Assembly (NCBI GenBank): GCA_039208735.1
Contig: JBCCQY010000138.1
Coordinates: 1 to 25,357, forward strand
Reading direction: 5' to 3'
Source: Myxococcota bacterium
GTDB lineage: Bacteria > Myxococcota_A > UBA796 > GCA-2862545
DNA: 25,357 bases
How positions within the stretch are numbered: position 1 is the first letter of the stretch; each line of letters starts with the position of its first letter. Made by a program: the position numbers and the translations under genes. Positions 1 through 9,818 of this stretch are shown here, piece by piece. The notes beneath the pieces are model-generated. The model saw only the letters and a program-made list of their open reading frames with translations, was not told the DNA's origin and did not search any database.

Positions 1-486
1 ATCGACGTGTTGGTCAACAATGCGTCGGCAACCTCATCCTTCGGCGAGACCCCTTCCACGACGGACATGAACACTGCCACCCGTGCGCTCGACGTGACCC
101 TGTTGGGCGCTTGGCGGGTGATCCAGGCCTTCCTGCAGCACCTTCGCCGAAGTGCCCACGGCCGCGTCGTCAATGTGTCCAGCGGTGCGGGGTCCCATGG
201 TGATCCGACCTTCGGACTCACGACGGACAACGCCATGGGCCCGACCTACGCGGTCGCAAAGGCCGCCCTGAACGCCCTGACGGTGTGCTGGGCGAACGAG
301 CTCGAGGGCGACGGAGTCCTGGTTAATGCGGTAGGACCGGGTTTCACAGCCACCTTCGAAGGGGGCGAAGGCATGGGAGCGCGACCGGTCGCCGAGGGCG
401 CAGCGAGTGTCGTATGGGGATGCTTGCTCCCCGACGATGGCCCCACAGGTGGCTTCTTCCGGGACGGCCAGCCGGTCCCGTGGTGA
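1..486 (+). CDS. Short-chain dehydrogenase/reductase (carbonyl reductase-like), 5'-truncated by window edge
   Basis: Frame open from base 1 (IDVLVNNA). SDR motifs: NNA, VVNVSSGAG, catalytic YxxxK (YAVAK), VNAVGPG, C-terminal GPTGGFFRDG-PVPW. Confidence 0.92.
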   Translation: MDVLVNNASATSSFGETPSTTDMNTATRALDVTLLGAWRVIQAFLQHLRRSAHGRVVNVSSGAGSHGDPTFGLTTDNAMGPTYAVAKAALNALTVCWANELEGDGVLVNAVGPGFTATFEGGEGMGARPVAEGAASVVWGCLLPDDGPTGGFFRDGQPVPW

Positions 487-789
487 GCCCGTGACCAGGA
501 GCGGCACCTCTCGGAGCGCAGAGTCGTGTCCGAAATAGTGATTCCACAACGCCACTATGGGTGCTGCCTCCCGGATGACGAGGGTAGGGCTGACCCGTGT
601 AGGAATCACGGGCTACGCCGATTCCTTGGGACTTGCCAGCCCGCGTCGCCGCGACGCTTCTTGGGTGATTGAGAGGGGCTCGCGCCGTGACCCCAGCGTA
701 ATGGGTCGCGCTCGCACGCGTTCGCCGTGCGCAGGCTCTCCTCGAAACGACCGAGCGGCGTACGACGCGCGAAGGATATCGACAGTGCC

Positions 790-1620
790 ATGGGCAATTC
801 GTCACCGAACCCGCTTGGTCGTTTCCTTCGAACCCGTCGTGAGCGCCTCGACCCTGCCGCCTTCGGCTTCGACCTGGCACGTCGCCGGACTCCAGGCCTC
901 CGACGCGAGGAAGTCGCGCAACGCGCACGGATCAGCACGACCTGGTACACCTGGCTGGAACAAGGTCGAGGGGGTCCACCCTCACCCGAAGCCTTGGACC
1001 GTGTGGCGGATGCGCTGCTCCTCTCCGATGCCGAGCGCGAACATCTGTTCCACCTTGCACTCGGCAGCTCGGCTCCCCTGAGGAGAGGGGCTCCGTGTGC
1101 CGTGTCGCCCTCGATCCAGCGCGTGCTCGACGCCTTGGAACCGAGCCCGGCCTTCGTGAAGAACGTCTGGTGGGACATTGTGGCGTGGAACTGGCCAGCT
1201 CGGGTCATCCTCGCCGACTACGAGGGCCTCTCGCCCAGGGATCGGAACCTCCTACGACGGCTGTTCCTCGACCCTGCCGCGCGCGAACAGCGCCCCCAAT
1301 GGTCGTCCAACGCTCGCTTCGCGGTGGAGACCTTCCGGTTCGAGAGTCGCCGCCTTGGAGCAAGCCCCACCACGGATGCCCTCGTCACCGAGCTGTTGAA
1401 CGCGTCCATGGCGTTCGCCGAGTTGTGGTCGACCCACGACGTGCAGGGGCAAGGCGCGGGAGACAAAGTGATCTGGCATCCCGAGGCGGGTACTTTGACC
1501 CTTGACTACGCGTCGTTCTTGGTCGACGAGGCGCCCGGGCTATCCCTGGTGGTCTTCACGCCCGCCACCGACGAAGACCTCGGTCGGGTGACGAATCTGC
1601 TTCGAGACGCAGGCAGGTAG
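790..1620 (+). CDS. XRE-family HTH transcriptional regulator with MmyB-like ligand-binding domain
   Basis: LGRFLRTRRERLDP...RRRTPGLRREEVAQRARISTTWYTWLEQGR HTH signature; PAFV...WDIVAWN, RNLLRRLF, FAELW..HDV, HPEAGTLTL. ATG at 790 preferred over the ORF-track start at 727. Confidence 0.93.
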   Translation: MGNSSPNPLGRFLRTRRERLDPAAFGFDLARRRTPGLRREEVAQRARISTTWYTWLEQGRGGPPSPEALDRVADALLLSDAEREHLFHLALGSSAPLRRGAPCAVSPSIQRVLDALEPSPAFVKNVWWDIVAWNWPARVILADYEGLSPRDRNLLRRLFLDPAAREQRPQWSSNARFAVETFRFESRRLGASPTTDALVTELLNASMAFAELWSTHDVQGQGAGDKVIWHPEAGTLTLDYASFLVDEAPGLSLVVFTPATDEDLGRVTNLLRDAGR

Positions 1621-1622
1621 TG

Positions 1623-1638
1623 CTCATACCGGTATGAG
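1623..1638. promoter_or_regulatory. Perfect 16-bp palindrome, probable operator of the adjacent XRE/MmyB regulator
   Basis: CTCATACCGGTATGAG is self-complementary and lies between the regulator stop and the epimerase start. Confidence 0.6.
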
Positions 1639-1698
1639 TCCCCCACTTTTCCCTGGTTTCTTCGAGCCCTACGTTCCTCGAAGATTCGAGGAGAACAG

Positions 1699-2574
1699 AT
1701 GAAGGTGTTCGTGACAGGAGCGACGGGGTACCTCGGCTCGACGATTGTCGAGATGCTTCGTGAGAAGGGGCACGAGGTCCTCGGGCTGGCTCGTAATGAC
1801 GCGGCGGTGGAGAAGCTGGAAGCCCTGGGGGTTCTCTCCCACCGAGGCGACATCGAGGCCCCAGAGACGCTCGCGGAGGGCGCCCGACGCGCAGATGCCG
1901 TGATTCACACTGCGTTCATTCACGACTTTGATGCCTACGCTGAGAACGCCAGGCTCGACGAGACGGCGGTCCGGGCGATGGCGACTGCCCTCGAAAGGAC
2001 CGACCGGCCCTTTGTCGTCGCGACGGGCACCGCCGGCTTGGAGCCCGGGGTTCTCGCTACTGAGGAGGACACCCTACTGCCCGGGACCGCCCGGCAGTCG
2101 GAGGTTGCGCTTCAGTGGGCGAATCGCGGCGTTCGGGCCTGCACGGTGCGACTCCCTCCGACGGTTCATGGCCCCGGCGATCGAGCGTTCATCGCGGTAC
2201 TTATGGACATTGCACGCCGCACGGGTTTTTCGGCCTACGTCGGGGACGGCACCAACCGGTGGCCGGCCGTCCATCGGCTCGATGCCGCCCGACTCTTCGT
2301 GGCCGCCCTCGAGAAGGCCCTGCCGGGACAGGTCCTTCACGGGGTGGCGGAGTCGGGGCTGCCTTTCCGTGCGATTGCCACGGCCATCGCCGAACGCTTG
2401 AGCGTACCGACCCGGAGCGTACCGCCCGAGTCCGCAACGAGCCACTTTGGGTGGCTGTCGTTCATCGTGCCGGTCGACAATCCGCTCTCGAACCACCGAA
2501 CGCGGGCGACAATGGAGTGGGAGCCCCGAGAGATTGGGCTTCTCGAGGATCTTCGCGCGGGCACGTACGACTGA
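1699..2574 (+). CDS. NAD-dependent epimerase/dehydratase (atypical SDR)
   Basis: MKVFVTGATGYLG Rossmann motif, DAVIHTAFIHDF, VRLPPTVHG, GDGTNRWPAVHRLDAARLF; SD GAGGAG upstream. Confidence 0.93.
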   Translation: MKVFVTGATGYLGSTIVEMLREKGHEVLGLARNDAAVEKLEALGVLSHRGDIEAPETLAEGARRADAVIHTAFIHDFDAYAENARLDETAVRAMATALERTDRPFVVATGTAGLEPGVLATEEDTLLPGTARQSEVALQWANRGVRACTVRLPPTVHGPGDRAFIAVLMDIARRTGFSAYVGDGTNRWPAVHRLDAARLFVAALEKALPGQVLHGVAESGLPFRAIATAIAERLSVPTRSVPPESATSHFGWLSFIVPVDNPLSNHRTRATMEWEPREIGLLEDLRAGTYD

Positions 2575-2628
2575 TGCGGCAACCCCATTCGATCGGGCGT
2601 GGGGGCAGCGAAGACGCGTCGAACGCCG

Positions 2629-3492
2629 TCAGTCGTTCGGCTCTGGGCGGTAGGTGCGGGCCAGGTACTCCGACACCGACTCCGCCGGGCGCCCCATTCG
2701 CGCCACGAAGGCATCTCCGCTGCCCTGGAATCGGCCATCGAACATCGCCCGCGTCACCTCCGCGAATCCTTCGGCGGAGGCAACCGGCATCCCCGAGGAG
2801 GCGAGGGCTTCGAGGAAGGCCTTGTGCGGAAGGTGGACGTACTCGATCGGGTTCCGAGTGTGCGCGGACAGCGTCGCGACGATTTCCGGCATCGAGGCCA
2901 TGTTGGGGCCCGCGACCTCGAACGTCCCGGTGACTTCGGGGTCCAAGAGCACGTCGAGCGCGAACTGTGCGACGTCCTCGCGGGAAACCCATGCTACAGG
3001 CGTGTCCCCCGCGGACAACACGACCTTTCCGGAGGCCTCGAATTCACCCAGGAGCACCGGGATCAGCCCGAGGTAGATCCCGTCGCGGAAGACCACATGG
3101 GGGACGCCGAGCTCGGCCAAGGCCCTCTCCCCGTCGGCGTAGACGTCGAGGAGGTCGTTATCGCCAGGGTCGTGGGCCCCCACGAGGCTCGTGAACAAGA
3201 TGCGACGCACCCCCGCCGCGTGGGCCGCTTCGAACGCAGCCCGGTGTTGCCGCTTGCGCGCCGAGTGGTCGGCATGGGTCGAGATCAACAACAGCGAGTC
3301 GACGCCAGCGAACGCGTCGCTCATCGACGCGGGGTCGTCGTAGTCGACGCGGCGTGCCTCGAGGTCTGGGGCGTCGAGGTCGTCCGGTCGACGGGTCCCG
3401 AAGGCAACGGATGAGAGGGCCGCGCGGCTCCTGGTGGCGGCCACCAAGGCCTGTCCCAGCGCCCCGGATGCTCCTGTGATGAGGTTCGTCAT
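2629..3492 (-). CDS. NmrA-like NAD(P)H-binding oxidoreductase
   Basis: LITGASGALG, DYDDPASMSDAFAGVDSLLLIS, AAHAAGVRRILFTS, VAWVSREDVA. Start ATG at 3492 preceded by AGGAGAAGG; the longer ORF-track N-terminus overlaps the LysR gene. Confidence 0.88.
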   Translation of the reverse strand: MTNLITGASGALGQALVAATRSRAALSSVAFGTRRPDDLDAPDLEARRVDYDDPASMSDAFAGVDSLLLISTHADHSARKRQHRAAFEAAHAAGVRRILFTSLVGAHDPGDNDLLDVYADGERALAELGVPHVVFRDGIYLGLIPVLLGEFEASGKVVLSAGDTPVAWVSREDVAQFALDVLLDPEVTGTFEVAGPNMASMPEIVATLSAHTRNPIEYVHLPHKAFLEALASSGMPVASAEGFAEVTRAMFDGRFQGSGDAFVARMGRPAESVSEYLARTYRPEPND

Positions 3493-3606
3493 CGTCCTTC
3501 TCCTGTCGATGGAATCGCACCGCCTCGGCGACTCCCGACGACAGCGACCTAGTCGGCTCGGGATAGGGAACAATCTCGAAGGAACGAACAGACCATTCGG
3601 AAATCC

Positions 3607-4548
3607 ATGCCAATCGAACCTCTCCGAGACCCCCAACACCTCACATTGGCCGTCACCTTCGCCCTGGTGGCGACCTATGGGTCCTTCCGGCGCGCCGCCG
3701 AACGACTGAAGGTGGCCCGCAGTACGGTGAGCGACCACGTCGGGCGGCTAGAGGAAGGGCTGAGCGTGCGGTTGTTCGAACGCACTACACGCCAACTCCG
3801 GCTGACACAGGAGGGCGAGTTGCTCCTTCGTGCGACCGAGGACATCGTCGATCGGTGGACGGCTGTGACGAACGTGCTCGACGCGAAGCAGCAACACCCC
3901 TCGGGGACCTTGCGGATCACAGCCCCTTCGACGCTGTCCGATGCGATCGTTTCCCCCATTGTCGGAGGGATGCTCGCGGAGTTCCCAGAACTCGCGGCCG
4001 AAGTCCTTGCCGACGACGCGTTGCTCGATGTGGTCACCTCTGGCATCGATGTGGCGCTCCGCATCGGTAGACTGGCCGATTCGACGCTGCCGGCGCGTCG
4101 CCTCGGGGTGGAGAGAGGGTTCGTCGCCGTCCGAGCCGAAAGTTCGCACGCCCGTGCGCTCGAGGAGGCCGGCGAGGATGTGGAGCAGCGACTCAAGATC
4201 GTGAGCGAACTCCCTTGGGTGGGCTACACGCGGCTGCAAAGCCAGATCGTCCTCCGCGACCGGCAAGGAAGCGAGGTTCGAACGCTTCGCGTCCGATATC
4301 GAGCGCACGCGAGCAATGGCCACGGCCTGCTTCGGTTCGTACTTGAGGGCATCGGCGTCGGCGTGCTGTCCGAGTCGATGTTCGTCTTGGGTGGAAGTGC
4401 GTTGCTTGCCCCGATTCCGACCTACGTGGCCGCGGCTTTCCCACTCTGGGCCTTGACGCCAGCCCGGCAGTACCCGGTGGCCCGGACCCAGGTGTTCCTC
4501 GAACGACTCGAGCGTCGGTTGAGGACGCCGATCTGGAGTCCGGAGTAA
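3607..4548 (+). CDS. LysR-family transcriptional regulator (divergent from the NmrA gene)
   Basis: GSFRRAAERLKVARSTVSDHVGRLEEGLSVRLFERTTRQLRLTQEG HTH; PSGTLRITAP; DVALRIG. Confidence 0.95.
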   Translation: MPIEPLRDPQHLTLAVTFALVATYGSFRRAAERLKVARSTVSDHVGRLEEGLSVRLFERTTRQLRLTQEGELLLRATEDIVDRWTAVTNVLDAKQQHPSGTLRITAPSTLSDAIVSPIVGGMLAEFPELAAEVLADDALLDVVTSGIDVALRIGRLADSTLPARRLGVERGFVAVRAESSHARALEEAGEDVEQRLKIVSELPWVGYTRLQSQIVLRDRQGSEVRTLRVRYRAHASNGHGLLRFVLEGIGVGVLSESMFVLGGSALLAPIPTYVAAAFPLWALTPARQYPVARTQVFLERLERRLRTPIWSPE

Positions 4549-4736
4549 CGATGGAGGTCGTGAGTCCCCCGAGGCGGTTCCGAACGACTGCCAACTTCCA
4601 AGGGTCATCGTCGCTCCGAAGGAGGGCCAGCCGAGCGCGTCGCGAAGCCTCAGGTGTGGCCTTCCACCCGCGCACAGTGCTGCTTCTATGCAAGAAACGC
4701 ATACGACGGGTCAGCGGACGGTCGGTACGTGGACCC

Positions 4737-5516
4737 ATGATTTCTGCACTCCGCCCCGGTCGCCGTCGTAGCCGTGACCGTATGCGCCATGCGGGCCGCG
4801 CGGCTGCACGCACCCTCAATGTCGCCTGTGATGCAGTCCAACCGGGCGTCTCCACCCTGGACATCGACCGGATCGTGGCACGCGATACCGCCGCACGAGG
4901 GGGCCACTGTGCCCAGTTCGGCTACCGAACGCAAGGAGCGCCTCCCTTCCCCGGTCATGTCTGCACCTCTCGCAACTTCGTCGTCTGCCACGGCGTCCCG
5001 TCCGACGACGAGATCCTGGAGGATGGAGACATCTTGAACATCGATGTGACCACGCGACTCAAGGGCTGGCATGGCGACACATCGCGGACGGTGCTCGTTG
5101 GTCGACCACGTCCCGAGGGGGCGCACGTCGTTCAGGTGGCCCAACGAGCGCTCGAGGCGGGAATTGCCGCCGTTCGGCCCGGGGCCCCGCTCGAGGCCAT
5201 CGGTGCCGCCATCGAAGACGTGGTTCACCCCCAGGGCTGCAGCATCGTGCACGAGTTCTGTGGCCATGGCATCGGGCGTGCGATGCACGAGTGGCCCTCG
5301 GTTCCCCACTACGTCGTCGGGAGCGAGTCCCCGGTCGTTCTCCAGGTCGGGATGACGTTTACGATCGAGCCCATGGTGTGCCTCGGCCGGCGAGACATCG
5401 AAATCCTCGAAGATGGCTGGACGGTCGTGACCCAAGATCGGAAGTGGTCCGCCCAAGCCGAGCACACTCTTCGGGTCACCGAAGAGGGTGCCGAGATCCT
5501 CACTTTCGCCGGCTGA
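4737..5516 (+). CDS. map: Type I methionine aminopeptidase
   Basis: CTSRNFVVCHGVP, GDILNIDVT, GWHGDTSRT, FCGHGIG, FTIEPM, DGWTVVT, SAQAEHT; all five metal ligands (D, D, H, E, E) visible. ATG 4737 gives a typical ~260 aa length. Confidence 0.95.
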   Translation: MISALRPGRRRSRDRMRHAGRAAARTLNVACDAVQPGVSTLDIDRIVARDTAARGGHCAQFGYRTQGAPPFPGHVCTSRNFVVCHGVPSDDEILEDGDILNIDVTTRLKGWHGDTSRTVLVGRPRPEGAHVVQVAQRALEAGIAAVRPGAPLEAIGAAIEDVVHPQGCSIVHEFCGHGIGRAMHEWPSVPHYVVGSESPVVLQVGMTFTIEPMVCLGRRDIEILEDGWTVVTQDRKWSAQAEHTLRVTEEGAEILTFAG

Positions 5517-5548
5517 TTCTCCCCTCGTTCTTCTGCAGGAGACCGACC

Positions 5549-6487
5549 ATGCCCCTCGATCCCACCGTTGCTTCGTTGCTCGCCTCCATGAAGGCCCAAG
5601 GGGGACCCGAGATGCACGAACTCGGAGTGGCCGAAGTCCGAGAGGTCATGGACGGCGTCTCAGCCATGGGAGGTGAGGGAGCGGTCGTCGCGACGATCGA
5701 GTCTCGCGAGGTCGCCAGCGTTCCGATCATGGTCTACACCCCGCAAGGCGACGGACCCTTCGGCGTGCTGGTGTGGCTCCACGGCGGCGGGTGGGTCATG
5801 GGGGCGCCCCACCACTACCACGCCACCTGCCAAGACCTTGCGGCAGGGGCGTCCTGCGTCGTGGTCTCGATCGACTATCGCCTGGCGCCCGAGCACAAGG
5901 CGCCAGCGGCAGTGGAGGACTGCCTGGCGGCCACATCATGGGTACTCGACCACACCAGGGAACTCGGGGGAGACCCCAGTCGGGTCGTGGTCGGTGGGGA
6001 CTCGGTCGGAGGGAACCTGGCGGCTGTGGTCTCCCAAGTGCTAGGCAGAAGACTCTCCGGTCAACTGTTGATCACCCCGATCGTCGATGCCCTGCACAGC
6101 CACCCCTCGGTCGAGGAGAATGGCGAGGGCTACTACATGACGAAGGCCGCGATGCACCACTTCAGTGGTCTGTACCTCGATGGATCCGGCGTAGAGCGGA
6201 CCGACCCACGAGTGTCCCCAATCTACGCGAGCGACGATGTGGTCTCCGGCGCGCCGGCTGCCTTCGTGCTGACCGCTGAGTTCGATCCGATGCGGGACGA
6301 AGGAGACGCATACGCAAAGCGCCTTGCTGGGCTCGGAGTGCCGGTAGAACACCATCGCTACGATGGGATGATCCACGGGTTCTACACGGTCAAAGCTGTG
6401 GTTCCCGCCGCACAGAAGGCGATCGATCAGACGGTCACCTGGCTGCGGGAGGTCCTCCGCTCGGCGGACGCCGAGTCTCGCTCGTGA
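5549..6487 (+). CDS. Alpha/beta hydrolase, HSL-family esterase/lipase
   Basis: HGGGW oxyanion motif, DYRLAPEH, GDSVGG nucleophile elbow, AEFDPMRDEG, GMIHGF; SD AGGAG before ATG 5549. Confidence 0.94.
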   Translation: MPLDPTVASLLASMKAQGGPEMHELGVAEVREVMDGVSAMGGEGAVVATIESREVASVPIMVYTPQGDGPFGVLVWLHGGGWVMGAPHHYHATCQDLAAGASCVVVSIDYRLAPEHKAPAAVEDCLAATSWVLDHTRELGGDPSRVVVGGDSVGGNLAAVVSQVLGRRLSGQLLITPIVDALHSHPSVEENGEGYYMTKAAMHHFSGLYLDGSGVERTDPRVSPIYASDDVVSGAPAAFVLTAEFDPMRDEGDAYAKRLAGLGVPVEHHRYDGMIHGFYTVKAVVPAAQKAIDQTVTWLREVLRSADAESRS

Positions 6488-7584
6488 CGGCCCCCCGCGA
6501 GTTGGTGGTCCGGCGGGACCGGTTCGGTGAGGCACGCGTCGTGGAGCGCGAGCGTAAGGCCACCGAAGGCGAGGTCCTGTTTCGCATCGAACGCTTTGCG
6601 CTGACCACGAACAACGTGACGTACGCGGTCCTGGGGGCCAGCTACGGCTACTGGGATTTCTTCCCGCGACCGGAGGACGATACCGGCATCGTTCCCGTTT
6701 GGGGGATCGGCATCGTCGTCTCCAGCAACGTGGAAGGGGTGCCCATCGGCCGTCGGTACTACGGGTACTGGCCCATGGCCGATCATGCGGTGGTGCGGCC
6801 CACTTCGGTCGAGGATGCCGCCTTCGTCGACCGCTCGGTATCCCGCACAGAGCGTCCCGATCTGTACCAGCGGTACCACGCCCTCGATGTCGACCCGCTC
6901 CACGAAGAGGCCACAACCGATCTCGAATTGTTGCTTCGTCCCCTGTTCACCACCGCGTGGTTGTTGGCGGATCAGTTGATGGACCCAGCCTTCGCCGACC
7001 CAGCACTGAAGACGGTCGTGGTGTCCTCCGCATCGTCGAAGACCTCGGTGGCCCTCGGCCACACCTTCGCCAATACAGCCGGTCGGCCACGTGTCGTCGG
7101 GCTCACCTCGCCTGCGAACGCAGCGACCGTCTGGTCCTCTGGCGTCTTCGATGAAGTGGTGACCTACGACCGCGTCGATCGTTCGCTCGCCGACGTCGCT
7201 GGTGAGGGACCAATCGCCTACTGCGACGTCGCAGGCAATCGGTCGCTTCGCCTCGCTGTTCACACCGCCTTGGACCCTCGACTCGAACGGTCGGTCGCGG
7301 TGGGTGTCGCCCATTCGAGCCACCTTAGCCGTCCGGATCGCCCGCTTCCCGGTCCAAAGACGAGTGTCTTCTTCGTGCCCGATCGTGCGGCGCTGCGCGC
7401 TCGCGAGTGGGGGGCAGGTCCATTCGCCGAGCGGCTTGCCGAGGCCTTTCGGCCCTACCTCACGTGGGCTCGGAACCGGCTGCAGGTGCGGGAGGTGGTT
7501 GGGTTGAATGCCGCGGGTGACGCGTGGGGGAGTCTGGTGACCGGAGATATCGATCCGACCGAAGGCATCGTCGTGGTCCCGTAG
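6484..7584 (+). CDS. DUF2855 family protein
   Basis: FALTTNNVTYA, YWDFFP, VPVWG, YGYWPM, LLRPLFTT, SSASSKT, GLTS motifs; GTGA overlap with the esterase stop. Confidence 0.85.
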   Translation: MTAPRELVVRRDRFGEARVVERERKATEGEVLFRIERFALTTNNVTYAVLGASYGYWDFFPRPEDDTGIVPVWGIGIVVSSNVEGVPIGRRYYGYWPMADHAVVRPTSVEDAAFVDRSVSRTERPDLYQRYHALDVDPLHEEATTDLELLLRPLFTTAWLLADQLMDPAFADPALKTVVVSSASSKTSVALGHTFANTAGRPRVVGLTSPANAATVWSSGVFDEVVTYDRVDRSLADVAGEGPIAYCDVAGNRSLRLAVHTALDPRLERSVAVGVAHSSHLSRPDRPLPGPKTSVFFVPDRAALRAREWGAGPFAERLAEAFRPYLTWARNRLQVREVVGLNAAGDAWGSLVTGDIDPTEGIVVVP

Positions 7585-7591
7585 CTCCCCC

Positions 7592-9307
7592 CTACAAACT
7601 GGCGCGGCGAGGTTCGTCGGAAGCGATCGGCAGGTCCGTCGGTGCCGGAGGAATCGGAAGAAGCACCCTGAACTCTGAACCAATACCCACCTCGCTTCGC
7701 GCTTCGATGGTTCCTCCCAACATCTCTGCGAAACGTCTCGACAGTGCCAGCCCGAGGCCCGTTCCCCCATGCCTTCGCCGAGCCGATGAGTCCGCCTGTA
7801 CGAATGGCTGAAACAGATTCGCGAGCGTGGGTCCGTCGATTCCGATCCCATGGTCGATGACGGCGATCACGAGTTGGGTGTCGCTGCATCGAACCGCCAC
7901 CTGGACGGCGGCGCCGTCCGAGAACTTGAGGGCGTTGGTCACGAGGTTGATGAGGATCTGCTTCAGCAGTCGTTCGTCGGTCTGTACTACACCTACCGCG
8001 CCGTCCACTTCGATGGACGCACTCAGGAACTGTGGACTGCTTCCTGCCACGGATGAGCAGACTTCGTCGAAGAGCGTTCTCAGGTCGACCTCATGAATGA
8101 CGAGTTCCATCTTTCCCGCCTCGATCTTGGACATGTCGAGGATGTCGTTGATCAGCGACAGCAGATGGTGGCCGGCCTGGCGAATCCGGGAGAGGTCTTC
8201 CAGTTGCTGTTCATCGTCGATGCCTTCCAGCAACATGTCGGAGTACCCGATCACGGCATTGAGGGGCGTCCGCAGCTCGTGGCTCATGTTGGCCAGGAAC
8301 TGGCTCTTGGCCTCGTTGGCCTCATCGGCTGCCCGAGCCGCTTCGGCGGAGCGTCGCCTCGCCTCGGCCAGCACCGACACGTCCGAGAGAACGAACGCGT
8401 GAAGCCGTTGCCCCGTCTCGGACAGGATCTCCGACCGTCCCACGCGAAGCCGGATCGGTTCTGGTCCATTGCCGAGAGTGGTCTCGCCGAAGAGTGCTCG
8501 TTGGGGTACCGGTGCGCGGTCCCGGCCGTTCAGCTCATCGACTCGCAGAAGCGAGTCGAACCGCAATCCCACAAGGTCCTCCGGTTGGCGTCGGTCGAAC
8601 AGCAGGACGGCCGCGTCGTTGACCTGCTGGACGACGCCGTGTTCATCGACGACGACGAGGGCATCCGCGAGACCTTGGACGAGCCCCTCGGTGTAGCGTC
8701 GTGCTACATCCAGCCTTTCGGCAGCATCTTCCGCCAGGCGTGTCTGTCTTCTCTCGGACGCGACTGTGGAGGACAGGCGATAGGCGGAGAAGGTGACGAG
8801 TGCGCCGAGAAGGAGCACGGTGATGAACTGGATCTGGAACAACACGGACGTCGGGTCTTGGCCCGGTACCTTGAGCAGGTCGCTCGACCCGAAGATGAAG
8901 ACAGCGACGGTGCACAAGAGCGAGTAGATGGTCAGCGCGACGCCCGCCCTCCACCCGATGACGAGGGCGCCCATGACTGCGCCGACACCAAGCATCGGCG
9001 GCAGCGCACTCTCCAGTCCCCCCGCAAGGAAGACGTACATTGTCAACTGGCTCACGAGCATTCCCATCAACAGCCAGCTGCCAAGACGGACGTAGCCACT
9101 CCGCATCGCTGTCAGGGCTGCGAGCAGTCCGATCCACTCGGGGATGACGAAGACGAGCGAGTCCCACATCGTGGGTACGATGAAGCAGAGGATCGCCTGA
9201 ACCACCGTCGCCCCGAATCCCAAGAGAATCGTGAACCAGGCAATGGCAGCACGAACTCCTGCCTCGGGGTCTTCGAGCTGTGGTGGGCGGAGGAATTCGA
9301 GGAGCAT
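7592..9307 (-). CDS. Membrane sensor histidine kinase (multi-TM N-terminus, PAS-like, HisKA, HATPase)
   Basis: About 6 hydrophobic segments; DALVVVDEHGVVQQVNDAA PAS-like; KSQFLANMSHELRTPLN H-box; QILINLVTNALKFS; DHGIGI; LFQPFVQ; GGTGLGL. No response regulator adjacent. Confidence 0.95.
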   Translation of the reverse strand: MLLEFLRPPQLEDPEAGVRAAIAWFTILLGFGATVVQAILCFIVPTMWDSLVFVIPEWIGLLAALTAMRSGYVRLGSWLLMGMLVSQLTMYVFLAGGLESALPPMLGVGAVMGALVIGWRAGVALTIYSLLCTVAVFIFGSSDLLKVPGQDPTSVLFQIQFITVLLLGALVTFSAYRLSSTVASERRQTRLAEDAAERLDVARRYTEGLVQGLADALVVVDEHGVVQQVNDAAVLLFDRRQPEDLVGLRFDSLLRVDELNGRDRAPVPQRALFGETTLGNGPEPIRLRVGRSEILSETGQRLHAFVLSDVSVLAEARRRSAEAARAADEANEAKSQFLANMSHELRTPLNAVIGYSDMLLEGIDDEQQLEDLSRIRQAGHHLLSLINDILDMSKIEAGKMELVIHEVDLRTLFDEVCSSVAGSSPQFLSASIEVDGAVGVVQTDERLLKQILINLVTNALKFSDGAAVQVAVRCSDTQLVIAVIDHGIGIDGPTLANLFQPFVQADSSARRRHGGTGLGLALSRRFAEMLGGTIEARSEVGIGSEFRVLLPIPPAPTDLPIASDEPRRASL

Positions 9308-9818
9308 GAGGACCCTGTGTGCGACAGGGAGCTTATCGTCACGTACGACCGAACGTTAACGGCACGGCATCGCTGGGTATGGGAAGACGAACCCAGCATC
9401 GTCGAGCGATGATGCGGAGTTATGCAAGGGTGCTGCGTAGCCTCGACTGGCCAGGCACGCAGCCTCGTTTCGAAGGTTCTACCCGACCGCGACGGCGCGC
9501 TGGACCCGGCGACTCCCCGCGTGCGCATCGTGGAGCGAACCCGAGGTCATGATCTATGCCTCGGTCGAGGGGCACGGTGACTTCGGAATCCAATGCTCGC
9601 TGACAGCTGCGTTCTTGTCTTGCCCGGGGCTGGGCAACTCCACGGTCTCGATGATTGAGGAAATGGGTCCTCGGTCTATCACCACCAAGGTGGGTTGGTA
9701 TGGAGGCACGCTCACCAAGGCACCGCGGAACTTCCCCAGCACCCGTCGCTACAGCCGCTGTGGCCACGATTGCAAGTCGCACGGTCGTCGAGACTCCGCG
9801 CACCTCACCGCATGAGCG

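Noticed and set aside
4551..4736. N-terminal extension of Map in the ORF track; likewise the long upstream extensions of ORFs 5291, 14227, 15591, 13971, 10943 and 3738
   Set aside because: Arg/Pro-rich shadow translation in high-GC DNA; family homology starts at downstream start codons.
9549..9815. 88-aa ORF (MIYASVEGHGDFGIQC...) with a possible SD
   Set aside because: No recognisable motif and a low-complexity tail; could be a gene remnant, but I cannot support a call.
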